Positions 53,559 to 63,410 of a stretch of 64,000 nucleotides of DNA are shown here, in pieces; the stretch's first letter is position 1; every line of letters starts with the position of its first letter. The stretch comes from Paludibacteraceae bacterium (lineage in GTDB: Bacteria > Bacteroidota > Bacteroidia > Bacteroidales > Paludibacteraceae), in contig CAJOEX010000003.1 in NCBI GenBank assembly GCA_905233415.1, positions 21,630 to 85,629 on the forward strand, in the 5' to 3' direction. The notes below the pieces were generated by a model that saw only the letters and a list, made by a program, of their open reading frames with translations, did not search any database and had not been told where the DNA came from. A program made the translations under genes and the position numbers.

Positions 53559-56455
53559 AAAAGTTATTAGTTATTCTTTTAACGGTAACTGCCCTTGCGG
53601 TACAGGCCAAAGAGTATGCGTACAAAACCGTTGAAGGCGACCCGATTAAGGCGCGCATTTATACCTTGGACAACGGGCTGACGGTTTATTTGAGCCAGAA
53701 TCAGGAAAAACCCGAAATCCAAACATTTATTGCTGTTCGTGCCGGTGCACAGAACGACCCGTTGGAGTCAACCGGCCTGGCACACTATCAGGAGCATATC
53801 ATGTTCAAGGGCACCAAGTCTTACGGCACAACAAACTACGAAGCCGAGCTGCCCAACCTCAATGCCATTGATTCGCTCTACGAGGTGTATGGCGCAACCA
53901 CTGACCCCGAGCAGCGCAAAGCCATTTACCACCTCATTGACTCTTTTTCCTACGAAGGTTCAAAGATTGCTATAGCCAACGAGTTTGACAAACTCTTGAA
54001 TGCCATCGGCGCTACGGGAGTCAATGCGTTTACCAGTACTGAAATGACTTGCTACCACGAGGTTATTCCTGCCGGCGAACTTACACGTTGGGCGATGATT
54101 GAATCCGACCGCTTCCAAAATCTCGTTGTTCGCGGCTTCCACACCGAACTGGAGACCGTTTATGAGGAGTTTAACCTTTACTCGACAATGGACGAAGACA
54201 AAGTTATGCTCGCGATTGACCAGTTGCTCTATCCGGATATTCCGTACCGTCAGCATAGCGTCATCGGTACGCAGGAAGACCTGAAGAATCCGAGTCTGAA
54301 GAATATCAAGAAGTTCTACCAAACCTATTATTGTCCGAATAACGTGGCGGTATGTCTGGCGGGTGATTTTGACTTTGACCACGCCATTGAAACCATTGAC
54401 AAGTACTTCGGCGCTTGGGAACCACGTGAGATTCCGCCTTTTGTACAACCCGAACAGGCAGACTTGACGACCCATAAGGATACCTTGGTTTATGGCAAGG
54501 AGTCGCCGCAGGTATGGCTTGCATGGAAGTTGCCGAACATCCGTCACGAGGATTGCGACGCACTGGAACTCATGAGCAACGTGATGGCTAACGGCAAGTG
54601 CGGACTCATTGATTTGGATATAGACCAGAAGCAGTTGTTGCTTTCTGCCGAAGACTATTTCCAGGAGGGCAATGACTTTTCCACCTACTACATGATTGGT
54701 TCACCCAAGGAAAAACAGTCGCTCGACGAGGTACGCGATATTTTGCTTGCTGAGATTGAGAAACTCAAGAAAGGTGACTTCTCTGAAGAACTCCTACAGG
54801 CGATTATCCGCAACAAGAAACGCAATGAACTCATTAAGCAGCAGAACAACACCAATCGCACCTATCAGTTTGTGATTGCGCACATTTATCAAATCCCGTA
54901 TGAGGATGTTGTGCGTACGTTGGATCGCATGGAGAAACTGACTAAAGAGGACATTATTCGCGTCGCTAACAAGTACTTCAACGATAATTATGTCTGCGTC
55001 TTCAAGCAGCCCGGTGATAACGGAGTCAACCCCGCAAAGGTCGATAAGCCCGCTATTACGCCCATTGAAATGAACCGCGACCAGCAGTCACGCTTCTGCA
55101 CCGATTTGATTGACATGCAGTCCGAACAGCTTAAACCGCAGTTCCTGGATTTCAACAAGGACCTCTCACGCAGCATCCTGCCCAATGGCGTAGAACTGCT
55201 TTATGTGCAGAATAAAGAGAACGATTTGGCGGAACTCAGCTTCGTTATTGGCAAGGGCGCAGACCAGGACCCGATGTTGGATTTCTCTACCGCCTTGTTG
55301 TCTTTCCTCGGAACCGACGAGCTTTTAGCCGAACAGTACCAGACCAAGCTTTATGGCTTGGCTGCCGAAGCGTGGGTAAGTGCCGATGCAAACGACCTTG
55401 ATTTGGGCGTATATGGCTTGCAGGAAACCTTGCCCGAAGCATTGAAACTTATGGAGAATTGGGTCTTGACCGCTGTGCCCGATGATGAAATCCTCAAGGA
55501 GATTGTCCGCGATGAAATAAAGTCGCACAACGATGCCAAAACAGACCAGCGCTTGTGCTTCCAGCATCTGATGCGCTATGGTTTTATTGGTCCCAAGGCG
55601 TTGCAGGAACGACTTTATACACCCAAACAGATGAAGAAGCTCAAGGCGCAGCTCTTGCTTGAACGGCTCCGCGCCCTGTTGCCCGCTATTGAAAGGGTGG
55701 AGTACTTCGGTCCTTTGTCCGAAAACGAAGTCAAGGAACTGCTTGCAAGCTCCAATCTCATGGCGCTGGCTGATGCCTCCAAGCGTACCGAAGCCAAACG
55801 GACTCAACCGCAGGTCGTTACCGAAAGTGAAGCCTGGATTGCGCCATATGACGCCAATAATATCTACTTTGTCGGCTATGCCAACTGGGGCGAGGTTTAT
55901 ACGCCCAAGGATGAAGCCCTTATACGCCTCTTCAATGAGTACTTCTCCGGCTCTATGGGCGCTATCGTCTTCCAGGAAATGCGCGAGGCAAGGGCGCTCT
56001 GTTATGCTTCCTTTGCAAACTACGCTACGCCTGATTACAAGGGGGAGAATAACATGTTCTATACCTATATCATCTCCCAGAACGACAAACTGCGCGATTG
56101 CATAGAGGCGTTTGATTCGATATGTAACGTCTTGCCGCGCTCACAATCGGCTTTCGAGAATGCCAAAACGATGTTGCTCAAGAATATTGAGAAACGCCGC
56201 TATGTCCGCTCCGCACCTATTTCTGCTTATGTTCATTTCCGTGAGCTTGGTTGGGGCCATGATTTGTGGGAGGACATTTACCGCGAGGCGCAGAACCTGA
56301 CCTTGGATGATATAGTTGCCTTCCATAAGGAGCATGTCGCTAATCGCACCTACCGTTATCTCATTCTTGGAAACGAGAAGGAGCTGGATATGGATTACCT
56401 CAAAACCCGCGGTGCCATCAAGAAACTGAGCATAAAAGATATCTTCGTATATTAA
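53555..56455 (+). CDS. M16-family (insulinase-like) zinc peptidase, two-lobed long form
   Basis: Signal peptide, then the inverted zinc motif HYQEH (LAHYQEHIMFKGT). 966 aa. Confidence 0.85.
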   Translation: MKKLLVILLTVTALAVQAKEYAYKTVEGDPIKARIYTLDNGLTVYLSQNQEKPEIQTFIAVRAGAQNDPLESTGLAHYQEHIMFKGTKSYGTTNYEAELPNLNAIDSLYEVYGATTDPEQRKAIYHLIDSFSYEGSKIAIANEFDKLLNAIGATGVNAFTSTEMTCYHEVIPAGELTRWAMIESDRFQNLVVRGFHTELETVYEEFNLYSTMDEDKVMLAIDQLLYPDIPYRQHSVIGTQEDLKNPSLKNIKKFYQTYYCPNNVAVCLAGDFDFDHAIETIDKYFGAWEPREIPPFVQPEQADLTTHKDTLVYGKESPQVWLAWKLPNIRHEDCDALELMSNVMANGKCGLIDLDIDQKQLLLSAEDYFQEGNDFSTYYMIGSPKEKQSLDEVRDILLAEIEKLKKGDFSEELLQAIIRNKKRNELIKQQNNTNRTYQFVIAHIYQIPYEDVVRTLDRMEKLTKEDIIRVANKYFNDNYVCVFKQPGDNGVNPAKVDKPAITPIEMNRDQQSRFCTDLIDMQSEQLKPQFLDFNKDLSRSILPNGVELLYVQNKENDLAELSFVIGKGADQDPMLDFSTALLSFLGTDELLAEQYQTKLYGLAAEAWVSADANDLDLGVYGLQETLPEALKLMENWVLTAVPDDEILKEIVRDEIKSHNDAKTDQRLCFQHLMRYGFIGPKALQERLYTPKQMKKLKAQLLLERLRALLPAIERVEYFGPLSENEVKELLASSNLMALADASKRTEAKRTQPQVVTESEAWIAPYDANNIYFVGYANWGEVYTPKDEALIRLFNEYFSGSMGAIVFQEMREARALCYASFANYATPDYKGENNMFYTYIISQNDKLRDCIEAFDSICNVLPRSQSAFENAKTMLLKNIEKRRYVRSAPISAYVHFRELGWGHDLWEDIYREAQNLTLDDIVAFHKEHVANRTYRYLILGNEKELDMDYLKTRGAIKKLSIKDIFVY

Positions 56456-57522
56456 TGGATATACTATCGAAAATAGAGGGTTTGGAGGCGAAATTCCACG
56501 AAATCAGCCTCCTCATTACCGACCCGGCGGTCATTGCCGACCAGGCGCGATATGTACGTCTCAACCGTGAATACCACGATTTGGAGCGCGTCCTTACTGC
56601 AGCTAAGAAGTACAAACAAGCCGTTGATGACCTCGATGAAGCCAAACAAATTAATTACAAGGAGGCAATTGACGAACTCGAACCGCTGATTCCGAAGTTG
56701 GAAGAGGAATTGAAGTTGATGCTTCTGCCGCAGGACCCTGAGGACGGCAAGAATGTCGTCATGGAGATTCGCGGTGGAACAGGCGGCGACGAGGCGGCGC
56801 TCTTTGCCGGAGATCTTTTCCGCATGTACACCAAGTACTTTGAGACGCATGGCTTCAAGTATTCCGTTTCTTCTTTCTCCGAAGGTGCTGTCGGTGGCTA
56901 CAAGGAAATCATTTTCAACGTCACCGGACAGAATGTCTATGGCACGCTCAAATACGAATCCGGCGTACACCGTGTTCAGCGTGTGCCAGTCACCGAAACA
57001 CAGGGACGCGTACATACTTCAGCGGCTACGGTTGCCGTTCTGCCCGAAGCCGATGAATTTGAAGTGCATATTAACGAAGGCGAAATCAAGTGGGAAACTT
57101 TCCGTTCAGGTGGTGCCGGAGGACAGAATGTCAACAAGGTCGAATCCGGAGTCCGCTTGCGCTATAACTGGCGCAACCCGAATACCGGCGAAGTGCAGGA
57201 AATACTTATCGAATGTACCGAGACGCGCGACCAGCCTAAAAATAAGGAGCGCGCGCTCTCGCGCCTGCGCACGCAGATTTATGATAAGGAGCACCAGAAG
57301 TATATCGACGATATCGCCGCAAGACGCAAGACCATGGTTTCCACAGGTGACCGTAGCGCGAAGATTCGCACCTACAACTATCCGCAGGGGCGAATCACAG
57401 ACCATCGCATCGGTTATACAGTCTATAACCTTGCTGCTTTTATGGACGGGGACATTCAAGGTGTTATTGATGCCCTTACTGTTGCCGAAAATGCCGAACG
57501 CCTCAAAGCCGCAGACCTGTAA
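56455..57522 (+). CDS. prfA: Peptide chain release factor 1
   Basis: RVPVTETQGRVHTSAATVAVLPE (PxT tripeptide region) and the GGQ motif SGGAGGQNVNKVESGVRL. It has a TAATG overlap with the upstream stop. Confidence 0.9.
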   Translation: MDILSKIEGLEAKFHEISLLITDPAVIADQARYVRLNREYHDLERVLTAAKKYKQAVDDLDEAKQINYKEAIDELEPLIPKLEEELKLMLLPQDPEDGKNVVMEIRGGTGGDEAALFAGDLFRMYTKYFETHGFKYSVSSFSEGAVGGYKEIIFNVTGQNVYGTLKYESGVHRVQRVPVTETQGRVHTSAATVAVLPEADEFEVHINEGEIKWETFRSGGAGGQNVNKVESGVRLRYNWRNPNTGEVQEILIECTETRDQPKNKERALSRLRTQIYDKEHQKYIDDIAARRKTMVSTGDRSAKIRTYNYPQGRITDHRIGYTVYNLAAFMDGDIQGVIDALTVAENAERLKAADL

Positions 57523-57541
57523 TTTGTCCGAACGCATCTCC

Positions 57542-57574
57542 GATACGTCACAGATACGTCACAGATACGTCACA
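57542..57574. repeat. Perfect tandem repeat, three units of 11 bp
   Basis: gatacgtcaca x3, about 20 nt after the prfA stop. Confidence 0.95.
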
Positions 57575-57651
57575 GAAGGGTCAGCGTACAACGAATTATA
57601 TAATAATTGAACCTTTTTATAAATAATTTATAAACTTTAATTTCTGATAGT

Positions 57652-59256
57652 ATGATTAAAAATTTCATTAACCAATTGATGCTGCTTGTTGACTGCGGCA
57701 AGCTGCTCAAATCGCCGATTAAATGGCTCTACGTCCTGATTGGCGCATTGAACTTTGTGCCGTTCTTGGCGTACATCTATCTCTTGTATAAAGAATGGAA
57801 CGAAGTGCTGGATTTCCTGCTTCCGAATTTCTGGGGTGAGTTCGTTACCATTTTTATGTTTATCTTGTTTGCATATGTCTTGCTTATTATCGGCTGGGCA
57901 CTGTTTGTCTATTGGCTTAACCGGAAAAACAATCTGGACTCCATTATTGAAACCGGCAGCAGAACAACAGCAATTCCACTTGTTACGGACATTATTCAAT
58001 GTTCAGGAGAAGCCCTCAGTCTATACGTTGTTTTGGTACCGACGTTAGGAGCTGTCCTTGCTTTTATCGCCTGTCTGCTGACCAATGGTTATGGTTTCTA
58101 TACCGAGTATAACTTCTGGTGGATGTTGCTGGCTGTGGTTGGTGTCTTTGTCGCTGTTTGCGTGGCGGGCTATATCAATCTGCTCTTTACCCGTTTTGTG
58201 GCGGAGCGCATTCGCTTGGTGGCACAAATCGGAAATGACGTGCACAAGCTCTCTATCGGTGCACCGAAAGAGGCTTCACGCGAGGCGGACCTGAAAACGG
58301 CTGGTTTCTCGATGCCTCCTGTTACTGACGGAGAAAAACTGACGGCTATTATTGCGGTTGCCGGTGCTGCTTTTGTCGCTTTTGCAGTGGCTTTAACCTT
58401 GTTCATCATCACTACTGTCATGTTCAACAAGCCCGTTTCGGAAAAACTGCCGGACAATCAGGTTAACAGGCTTTCGTATAAATATACCCATTTCCGTTCG
58501 CTGTATGAACGCACACGTTTAACATATGAATACGGCTCGGAAGAAGAAATGGCGCCGTTCAAAGGCCTTACCTACAAGCGTCTCTATACCTATTATAGCG
58601 ATTATTTCATGAACGAAGAGTTCCAGAACGGCATCAAGGAAAAGGCCAAGGTCAATTATGAAGTGGAAGTGCATCTGCCTGCCCTTGCCAAAGTAAAGGA
58701 GGAAGTCGCTAAATGGGAACAGTTCAAAGTCGATCACGACGTGAATACATATTTGATTATTGATTCGCATTTAGGGCTTGAATTAGAGAAGAAGGGTAAA
58801 AAGGAATACGAGCGTCCGAGTTATTTCTTCACTGTTGAAATGCCGCGCGGAGACATTAAGGACGCCAGTGTAACGTACCGCCCGAAGAACGATGCCGGCA
58901 AAGCCGCTCCCTCGATTGCGCCAATTACGACCGATTTGGCAGGTCTGACCAAATATAACGAATATGTTCCTGCCATGTATCGCTCTGCAAAACCCGACCT
59001 TTGGGATAATTACTCCATTTCAACTACCATCAACAGCGTTACTTTCATGGACGGAACGGTTATTCGTCCTTCTGATATCAGGCAGATTCCGAGACAGATT
59101 ACTGCCTATAATGAGAATCCGACAGAGAAGAACGAGCTGGCGGTTATCTACAACTTTGTGGATAAACACTATCCCACGGTGGATCAATTTGCAGACAAAT
59201 GTGTAGAAAAGGAATTGGAGGAAAAGGATGCCCTTTGTTTTTCCTTCCTCAAATAA
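57652..59256 (+). CDS. Polytopic membrane protein with a C-terminal soluble domain of about 270 aa, function unknown
   Basis: 534 aa with about 5 hydrophobic segments (WLYVLIGALNFVPFLAYIYLL, FVTIFMFILFAYVLLIIGWALFVYW, LSLYVVLVPTLGAVLAFIACLL, WWMLLAVVGVFVAVCVAGYINLLF, LTAIIAVAGAAFVAFAVALTLFIITTV). The remainder is a charged, Tyr-rich domain. I recognise no family. Confidence 0.6.
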   Translation: MIKNFINQLMLLVDCGKLLKSPIKWLYVLIGALNFVPFLAYIYLLYKEWNEVLDFLLPNFWGEFVTIFMFILFAYVLLIIGWALFVYWLNRKNNLDSIIETGSRTTAIPLVTDIIQCSGEALSLYVVLVPTLGAVLAFIACLLTNGYGFYTEYNFWWMLLAVVGVFVAVCVAGYINLLFTRFVAERIRLVAQIGNDVHKLSIGAPKEASREADLKTAGFSMPPVTDGEKLTAIIAVAGAAFVAFAVALTLFIITTVMFNKPVSEKLPDNQVNRLSYKYTHFRSLYERTRLTYEYGSEEEMAPFKGLTYKRLYTYYSDYFMNEEFQNGIKEKAKVNYEVEVHLPALAKVKEEVAKWEQFKVDHDVNTYLIIDSHLGLELEKKGKKEYERPSYFFTVEMPRGDIKDASVTYRPKNDAGKAAPSIAPITTDLAGLTKYNEYVPAMYRSAKPDLWDNYSISTTINSVTFMDGTVIRPSDIRQIPRQITAYNENPTEKNELAVIYNFVDKHYPTVDQFADKCVEKELEEKDALCFSFLK

Positions 59257-59281
59257 GCCGTTTACAACACTTGGTTATAAC

Positions 59282-59314
59282 AAAAAATGCCTTTTCTCAG
59301 CGAAAGGCATTTTT
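59282..59314. terminator. Bidirectional rho-independent terminator
   Basis: aaaatgccttt-tctcagcg-aaaggcatttt is flanked by A- and T-runs, between convergent genes. Confidence 0.75.
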
Positions 59315-59350
59315 GTTGTATTATAGGTTCGTTTGGACGCTTTCGGGACG

Positions 59351-60187
59351 TTACAGAAACATCCATTTCAAACCCACGCAAGGGTTGCACATAAATCCTT
59401 TCCCGCCGAAGTTGTAGGAAAACTCTATTTCTGTTCCGATACATAGTCCGGGACATTTGAACCACTGACCGATACTATACCATAATTGTGGTTCCGAAAG
59501 AAAAACAAACGACTGTTCTTTCGGGTCGGTATATGTATTATGCTTGCGGTCAAAAACGCTCTGCTTTTGTCCCCAAATATCGATGAAACCGGAGAAAGTC
59601 AGACCTTTGGCAGTACAAAAGTCCTTGCACGCCCAAACAAATGTAAACTGCAGCGGCACGACGTTGCCTTTCTGGTTTTTCCACTCGCCGTTCTCCTTGA
59701 TTCGCCACATATTGTAGTCATCGGCAATAAACTTGAAGAGCAGTTGCAGGGTAAAGGTGTTCTTGAAATCTGCTGTGTGCAGAAAATATTCAGGACCGGC
59801 TAACACAGCGTGATTGATGGGGAAACCTACAATATGGTCTGTTTTATAGGTTCCGCAGCCGCCGTCATATTCTACGTGTACCGACAGGTCTTTGGCCTTG
59901 CTCTCTTTCCAGAAGTTCAGGCTGCGCGTAATCTCCCAGTAGGCGCCGAAAGGCGTATTGGCGGGGTCGTCGCGGTTGATGCTGTAGTCCATGTCAAAGA
60001 ACAGGAACGTGCTACCCCAAGCGTCCGGGTGAAACAGTTCAACCGTCGTCGTCACGCGGTTGCTGCGCTGGTTTGCAACAGCCGTACCTTTGGAACCGAA
60101 GTCATAGAAGATTTGCAGGTTGGCATCCACAGCTAATGCCGGAATTGCCCATACAAGGACACAAAAAAGAGGAATAAAACGTTTCAT
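59351..60187 (-). CDS. Outer-membrane beta-barrel protein, Tsx-like/DUF5020-type (tentative)
   Basis: The true start is MKRFIPLFCVLVWAIPALA (signal peptide); the ORF-track start at 60235 precedes the promoter box. NLQIFYDFG...RVTTTVELFHPDAWGSTFLFFDMDY is present, with an aromatic C-terminus. The family call is from memory. Confidence 0.5.
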   Translation of the reverse strand: MKRFIPLFCVLVWAIPALAVDANLQIFYDFGSKGTAVANQRSNRVTTTVELFHPDAWGSTFLFFDMDYSINRDDPANTPFGAYWEITRSLNFWKESKAKDLSVHVEYDGGCGTYKTDHIVGFPINHAVLAGPEYFLHTADFKNTFTLQLLFKFIADDYNMWRIKENGEWKNQKGNVVPLQFTFVWACKDFCTAKGLTFSGFIDIWGQKQSVFDRKHNTYTDPKEQSFVFLSEPQLWYSIGQWFKCPGLCIGTEIEFSYNFGGKGFMCNPCVGLKWMFL

Positions 60188-60205
60188 GGTATTCAAATTT
60201 TCGGG

Positions 60206-60213
60206 CAAAGGTA
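60206..60213 (-). promoter_or_regulatory. -7 box TAccTTTG for the beta-barrel gene
   Basis: The plus strand reads caaaggta, 19 nt upstream of the ATG at 60187. Confidence 0.5.
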
Positions 60214-60275
60214 CAAAAAATATTGCAAACAGCAAAATCTATTGCAAAATATTTGCATAATTAAAACAAATTTGC

Positions 60276-60283
60276 TACCTTTG
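60276..60283 (+). promoter_or_regulatory. -7 box TAccTTTG for the mscS/gmd/fcl unit
   Basis: tacctttg lies about 58 nt upstream of the ATG at 60342. Confidence 0.5.
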
Positions 60284-60341
60284 CACGCTTTTTTGAAATA
60301 CCCGTATTATCAATCATCAATTATAAATCATAAATCATCCC

Positions 60342-61331
60342 ATGCTTCTTCAGACCATACCTATTGTAGCTAATCCACTTCCTTCCGACTCGGTCAAACA
60401 GGTAACACGCGATTTGGTTTATCAAATCCAGTCAGACCCCGAGACCTTTGTAAACGGCTTGTTGCACCGTATGCTTGATTTCGGCTTGCGCGTACTCGTC
60501 GCACTGATCCTTTATATCATTGGTATCTGGTTGATTGGCTGGGTGAAGCGCGGACTCAAGAATTATTTTGACCGCCGTAAGACCGAGCCCACACTCGCTT
60601 CCTTCGTCTCTTCCTTTGTCTCCATATCGTTGACCGTATTGCTCATTGTTATCAGTATCAGTACCGTTGGCGTCAATACGACTTCCTTGGCGGCATTGCT
60701 TGCTGCCGGAGGTATGGCGATAGGTATGGCGTTGTCTGGCACTGTGCAGAATTTCGCGGGGGGAATCATGCTGCTTGCTTTCAAACCCTTCAAGGCGGGC
60801 GATTTCATCGAAGCACAGGGCTTTAGCGGGAAAGTCATTGAGGTCAATATTACGGCAACTAAGATTCTCACAGTTGATAACCGCGTCGTTATTCTCCCGA
60901 ATGGTGCTTTGTCCAACGGTACAATCAATAATGTGACAGGACGACCATTGCGCAGGGTGGAGTGGCTCGTCAGTGTTGCCTACGGGAGTGATGCCGACCA
61001 ATTCGAAAAGACGGTCTTGGCGATGTTGGCGGAAGATGAACGGGTACTGCAGTCGGACACGGATATGGACAAACTCTATAAGGAGGTGAACATGTCCGCC
61101 TATCAGCTTACTGCGGTCAATTACCAGATTAAGGAAATTCCGGCACCCTATGTCGCGCTTAAATCACTAAACGAGTCCGATATAACATTTCTCATCCGGG
61201 TGTGGACCAAATCGGACAATTACTGGAATTTGTTCTTTGATATGCAGAAGCGTTTCTATACCGAACTTCCCCAACACGGATTCTCATTTGCCTACCCGCA
61301 TGTTGTGGTGGAACATCAAGCAGAAGCGTAA
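60342..61331 (+). CDS. Small-conductance mechanosensitive channel (MscS family)
   Basis: TM helices followed by GGIMLLAFKPFKAGDFIEAQGFSGKVIEVNITATKILTVDNRVVILPNGALSNGTINN, which is the MscS beta-domain signature. Confidence 0.85.
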   Translation: MLLQTIPIVANPLPSDSVKQVTRDLVYQIQSDPETFVNGLLHRMLDFGLRVLVALILYIIGIWLIGWVKRGLKNYFDRRKTEPTLASFVSSFVSISLTVLLIVISISTVGVNTTSLAALLAAGGMAIGMALSGTVQNFAGGIMLLAFKPFKAGDFIEAQGFSGKVIEVNITATKILTVDNRVVILPNGALSNGTINNVTGRPLRRVEWLVSVAYGSDADQFEKTVLAMLAEDERVLQSDTDMDKLYKEVNMSAYQLTAVNYQIKEIPAPYVALKSLNESDITFLIRVWTKSDNYWNLFFDMQKRFYTELPQHGFSFAYPHVVVEHQAEA

Positions 61332-61357
61332 TAGTGTAATGACATGATTTTTTATAT

Positions 61358-62446
61358 ATGAAGAAAGCATTGATTACCGGAGTGACCGGTCAGGACGGCA
61401 GTTATTTGTCAGAGTTCCTTTTGGAAAAAGGCTATGAAGTACATGGCATCATCCGACGCAGTTCAGTGGATTTCCGGGAGCGTATTGCGCATCTGGAGGG
61501 AACGCCGCATTTTCATCTGCACTACGCGGATATGAGTGACTCTATGTCGCTTGTCAAGCTCGTGGGCAAAGTGCAACCTGACGAAATCTATAACCTTGCT
61601 GCCCAGAGTCATGTGCAGGTCAGTTTTGATTCGCCGGAGTTCACGGCGGACGTGGACGCGGTAGGCGTGCTGCGTGTCCTGGAGGCTGTGCGGACCAATC
61701 ACTTGGAGAAGACATGCCGGATTTATCAGGCTTCGACTTCCGAGTTATACGGCAAAGTGGAAGAAGTGCCGCAGTCGGAGACGACACCCTTCCATCCCTA
61801 TAGCCCTTATGCCGTAGCCAAGTTGTACGGTTATTGGATAGTAAAGGAATACCGTGAAGCATATGACATGTTCTGCTGCTCGGGTATTCTGTTCAACCAT
61901 GAAAGCGAGCGCAGGGGCGAGACATTTGTAACACGCAAAATCACATTGGCGGCTGCCAGAATAGCACAAGGCAAGCAGGGTTGTCTCTATCTCGGCAACT
62001 TGGATTCGCTGCGTGACTGGGGCTATGCAAAGGATTATGTGGAATGTATGTGGTTGATTCTGCAACATGAGACGCCCGAAGATTTCGTAATCGCTACGGG
62101 TGTACAGCACTCCGTGCGGGAATTTGCTACGTTGGCATTCAAGCATGTGGGAATTGAGTTGAAATGGGAAGGTGAAGGCGTGAATGAAAAAGGTATAGAT
62201 ACCAAAACAGGCAAGGTTGTTGTGGCTGTCAGCCCGGATTTCTATCGTCCGACCGATGTGGTGAACTTGTGGGGTGACCCGAGCAAGGCTAAACGTGAAC
62301 TGGGTTGGAACCCGAGCAAGACGACGTTCGAAGAATTGGTGAAACTCATGGTGGAAGCGGATATGCGCAAAGTGCGTGAGGAAGTGATTGTGCATCACAG
62401 CCGCGTCAATTTGGCGGAATACTTGGAAAAAGGAATTGTAAAATGA
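61358..62446 (+). CDS. gmd: GDP-mannose 4,6-dehydratase
   Basis: [35 protein letters not shown], ...YASTSELYG..., [19 protein letters not shown], and [19 protein letters not shown]. Confidence 0.95.
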   Translation: MKKALITGVTGQDGSYLSEFLLEKGYEVHGIIRRSSVDFRERIAHLEGTPHFHLHYADMSDSMSLVKLVGKVQPDEIYNLAAQSHVQVSFDSPEFTADVDAVGVLRVLEAVRTNHLEKTCRIYQASTSELYGKVEEVPQSETTPFHPYSPYAVAKLYGYWIVKEYREAYDMFCCSGILFNHESERRGETFVTRKITLAAARIAQGKQGCLYLGNLDSLRDWGYAKDYVECMWLILQHETPEDFVIATGVQHSVREFATLAFKHVGIELKWEGEGVNEKGIDTKTGKVVVAVSPDFYRPTDVVNLWGDPSKAKRELGWNPSKTTFEELVKLMVEADMRKVREEVIVHHSRVNLAEYLEKGIVK

Positions 62447-63387
62447 TGGAGAAGCATAGTAAAATATATGTTGCGGGGCACCGTGGAATGGTAGGAAGCG
62501 CAATCGTTCGGGAACTGCAAAGGCAGGGATATACCAATATTGTGACACGGACCCATAAGGAACTGGATTTGACGCGGCAGGGAGCTGTCGAGGCGTTCTT
62601 CGCTTCCGAAAAGCCCGAATATGTGTTTCTCGCAGCAGCAAAAGTAGGCGGAATCGTCGCCAACCAGAGTGCATTGGCGGATTTCATGTACGACAACATG
62701 ATTCTGGAAATGAATGTCATTCATGCGGCGTGGAAGAACGGGTGCAGGAAGCTGGAGTTTCTCGGCTCCAGTTGTATCTATCCGCGTCTGGCGCCACAGC
62801 CTATGACGGAAAGTTGTCTGTTGACGGGCGAATTGGAAAAAACGAATGAAGCATATGCTTTGGCGAAGATTAGCGGTTTGAAGTACTGTGAGTTTCTGAA
62901 CAGGCAATACGGCACGGATTATATTTCGGTCATGCCGACCAATCTGTATGGCCCGAACGACAATTATCACCCGGAACACAGCCATGTGCTGCCGGCGCTG
63001 ATTCGTCGTTTCCATGAAGCCAAAGAAAGTGGTGCACCAAGTGTAACCTGCTGGGGAGACGGAAGTCCCTTGCGCGAGTTTCTGTATGTGGACGATTTGG
63101 CAAACTTGTGTGTCTTCCTGATGAATCATTATTCCGGGAATGAGACTGTCAATGCCGGAACGGGTAAAGAGCTGACGATTAAGGCGTTGACGGAATTGGT
63201 GGCGAAGGTTGTCGGCTATAAAGGAAAAATAGAGTGGGATACGACCCGTCCGAACGGCACGCCGAGAAAGTTGTTGGATGTAAGTAAAGCAACGGCGCTC
63301 GGTTGGACCTATAAGACCGAATTGGAAGACGGAATCCGTTTGGCGTATGAGGATTTCCTGAATAATCCGATGCGCGCAGAGCGATAA
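62443..63387 (+). CDS. fcl: GDP-L-fucose synthase
   Basis: [19 protein letters not shown], ...LGSSCIYP..., [24 protein letters not shown]. It overlaps gmd by 4 nt. Confidence 0.95.
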   Translation: MMEKHSKIYVAGHRGMVGSAIVRELQRQGYTNIVTRTHKELDLTRQGAVEAFFASEKPEYVFLAAAKVGGIVANQSALADFMYDNMILEMNVIHAAWKNGCRKLEFLGSSCIYPRLAPQPMTESCLLTGELEKTNEAYALAKISGLKYCEFLNRQYGTDYISVMPTNLYGPNDNYHPEHSHVLPALIRRFHEAKESGAPSVTCWGDGSPLREFLYVDDLANLCVFLMNHYSGNETVNAGTGKELTIKALTELVAKVVGYKGKIEWDTTRPNGTPRKLLDVSKATALGWTYKTELEDGIRLAYEDFLNNPMRAER

Positions 63388-63410
63388 AACGATTTACAAT
63401 AACGCGATAA

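Noticed and set aside
56455-57522. Programmed +1 frameshift, as in prfB
   Set aside because: The gene is RF1-type (PVT motif) with a single uninterrupted frame.
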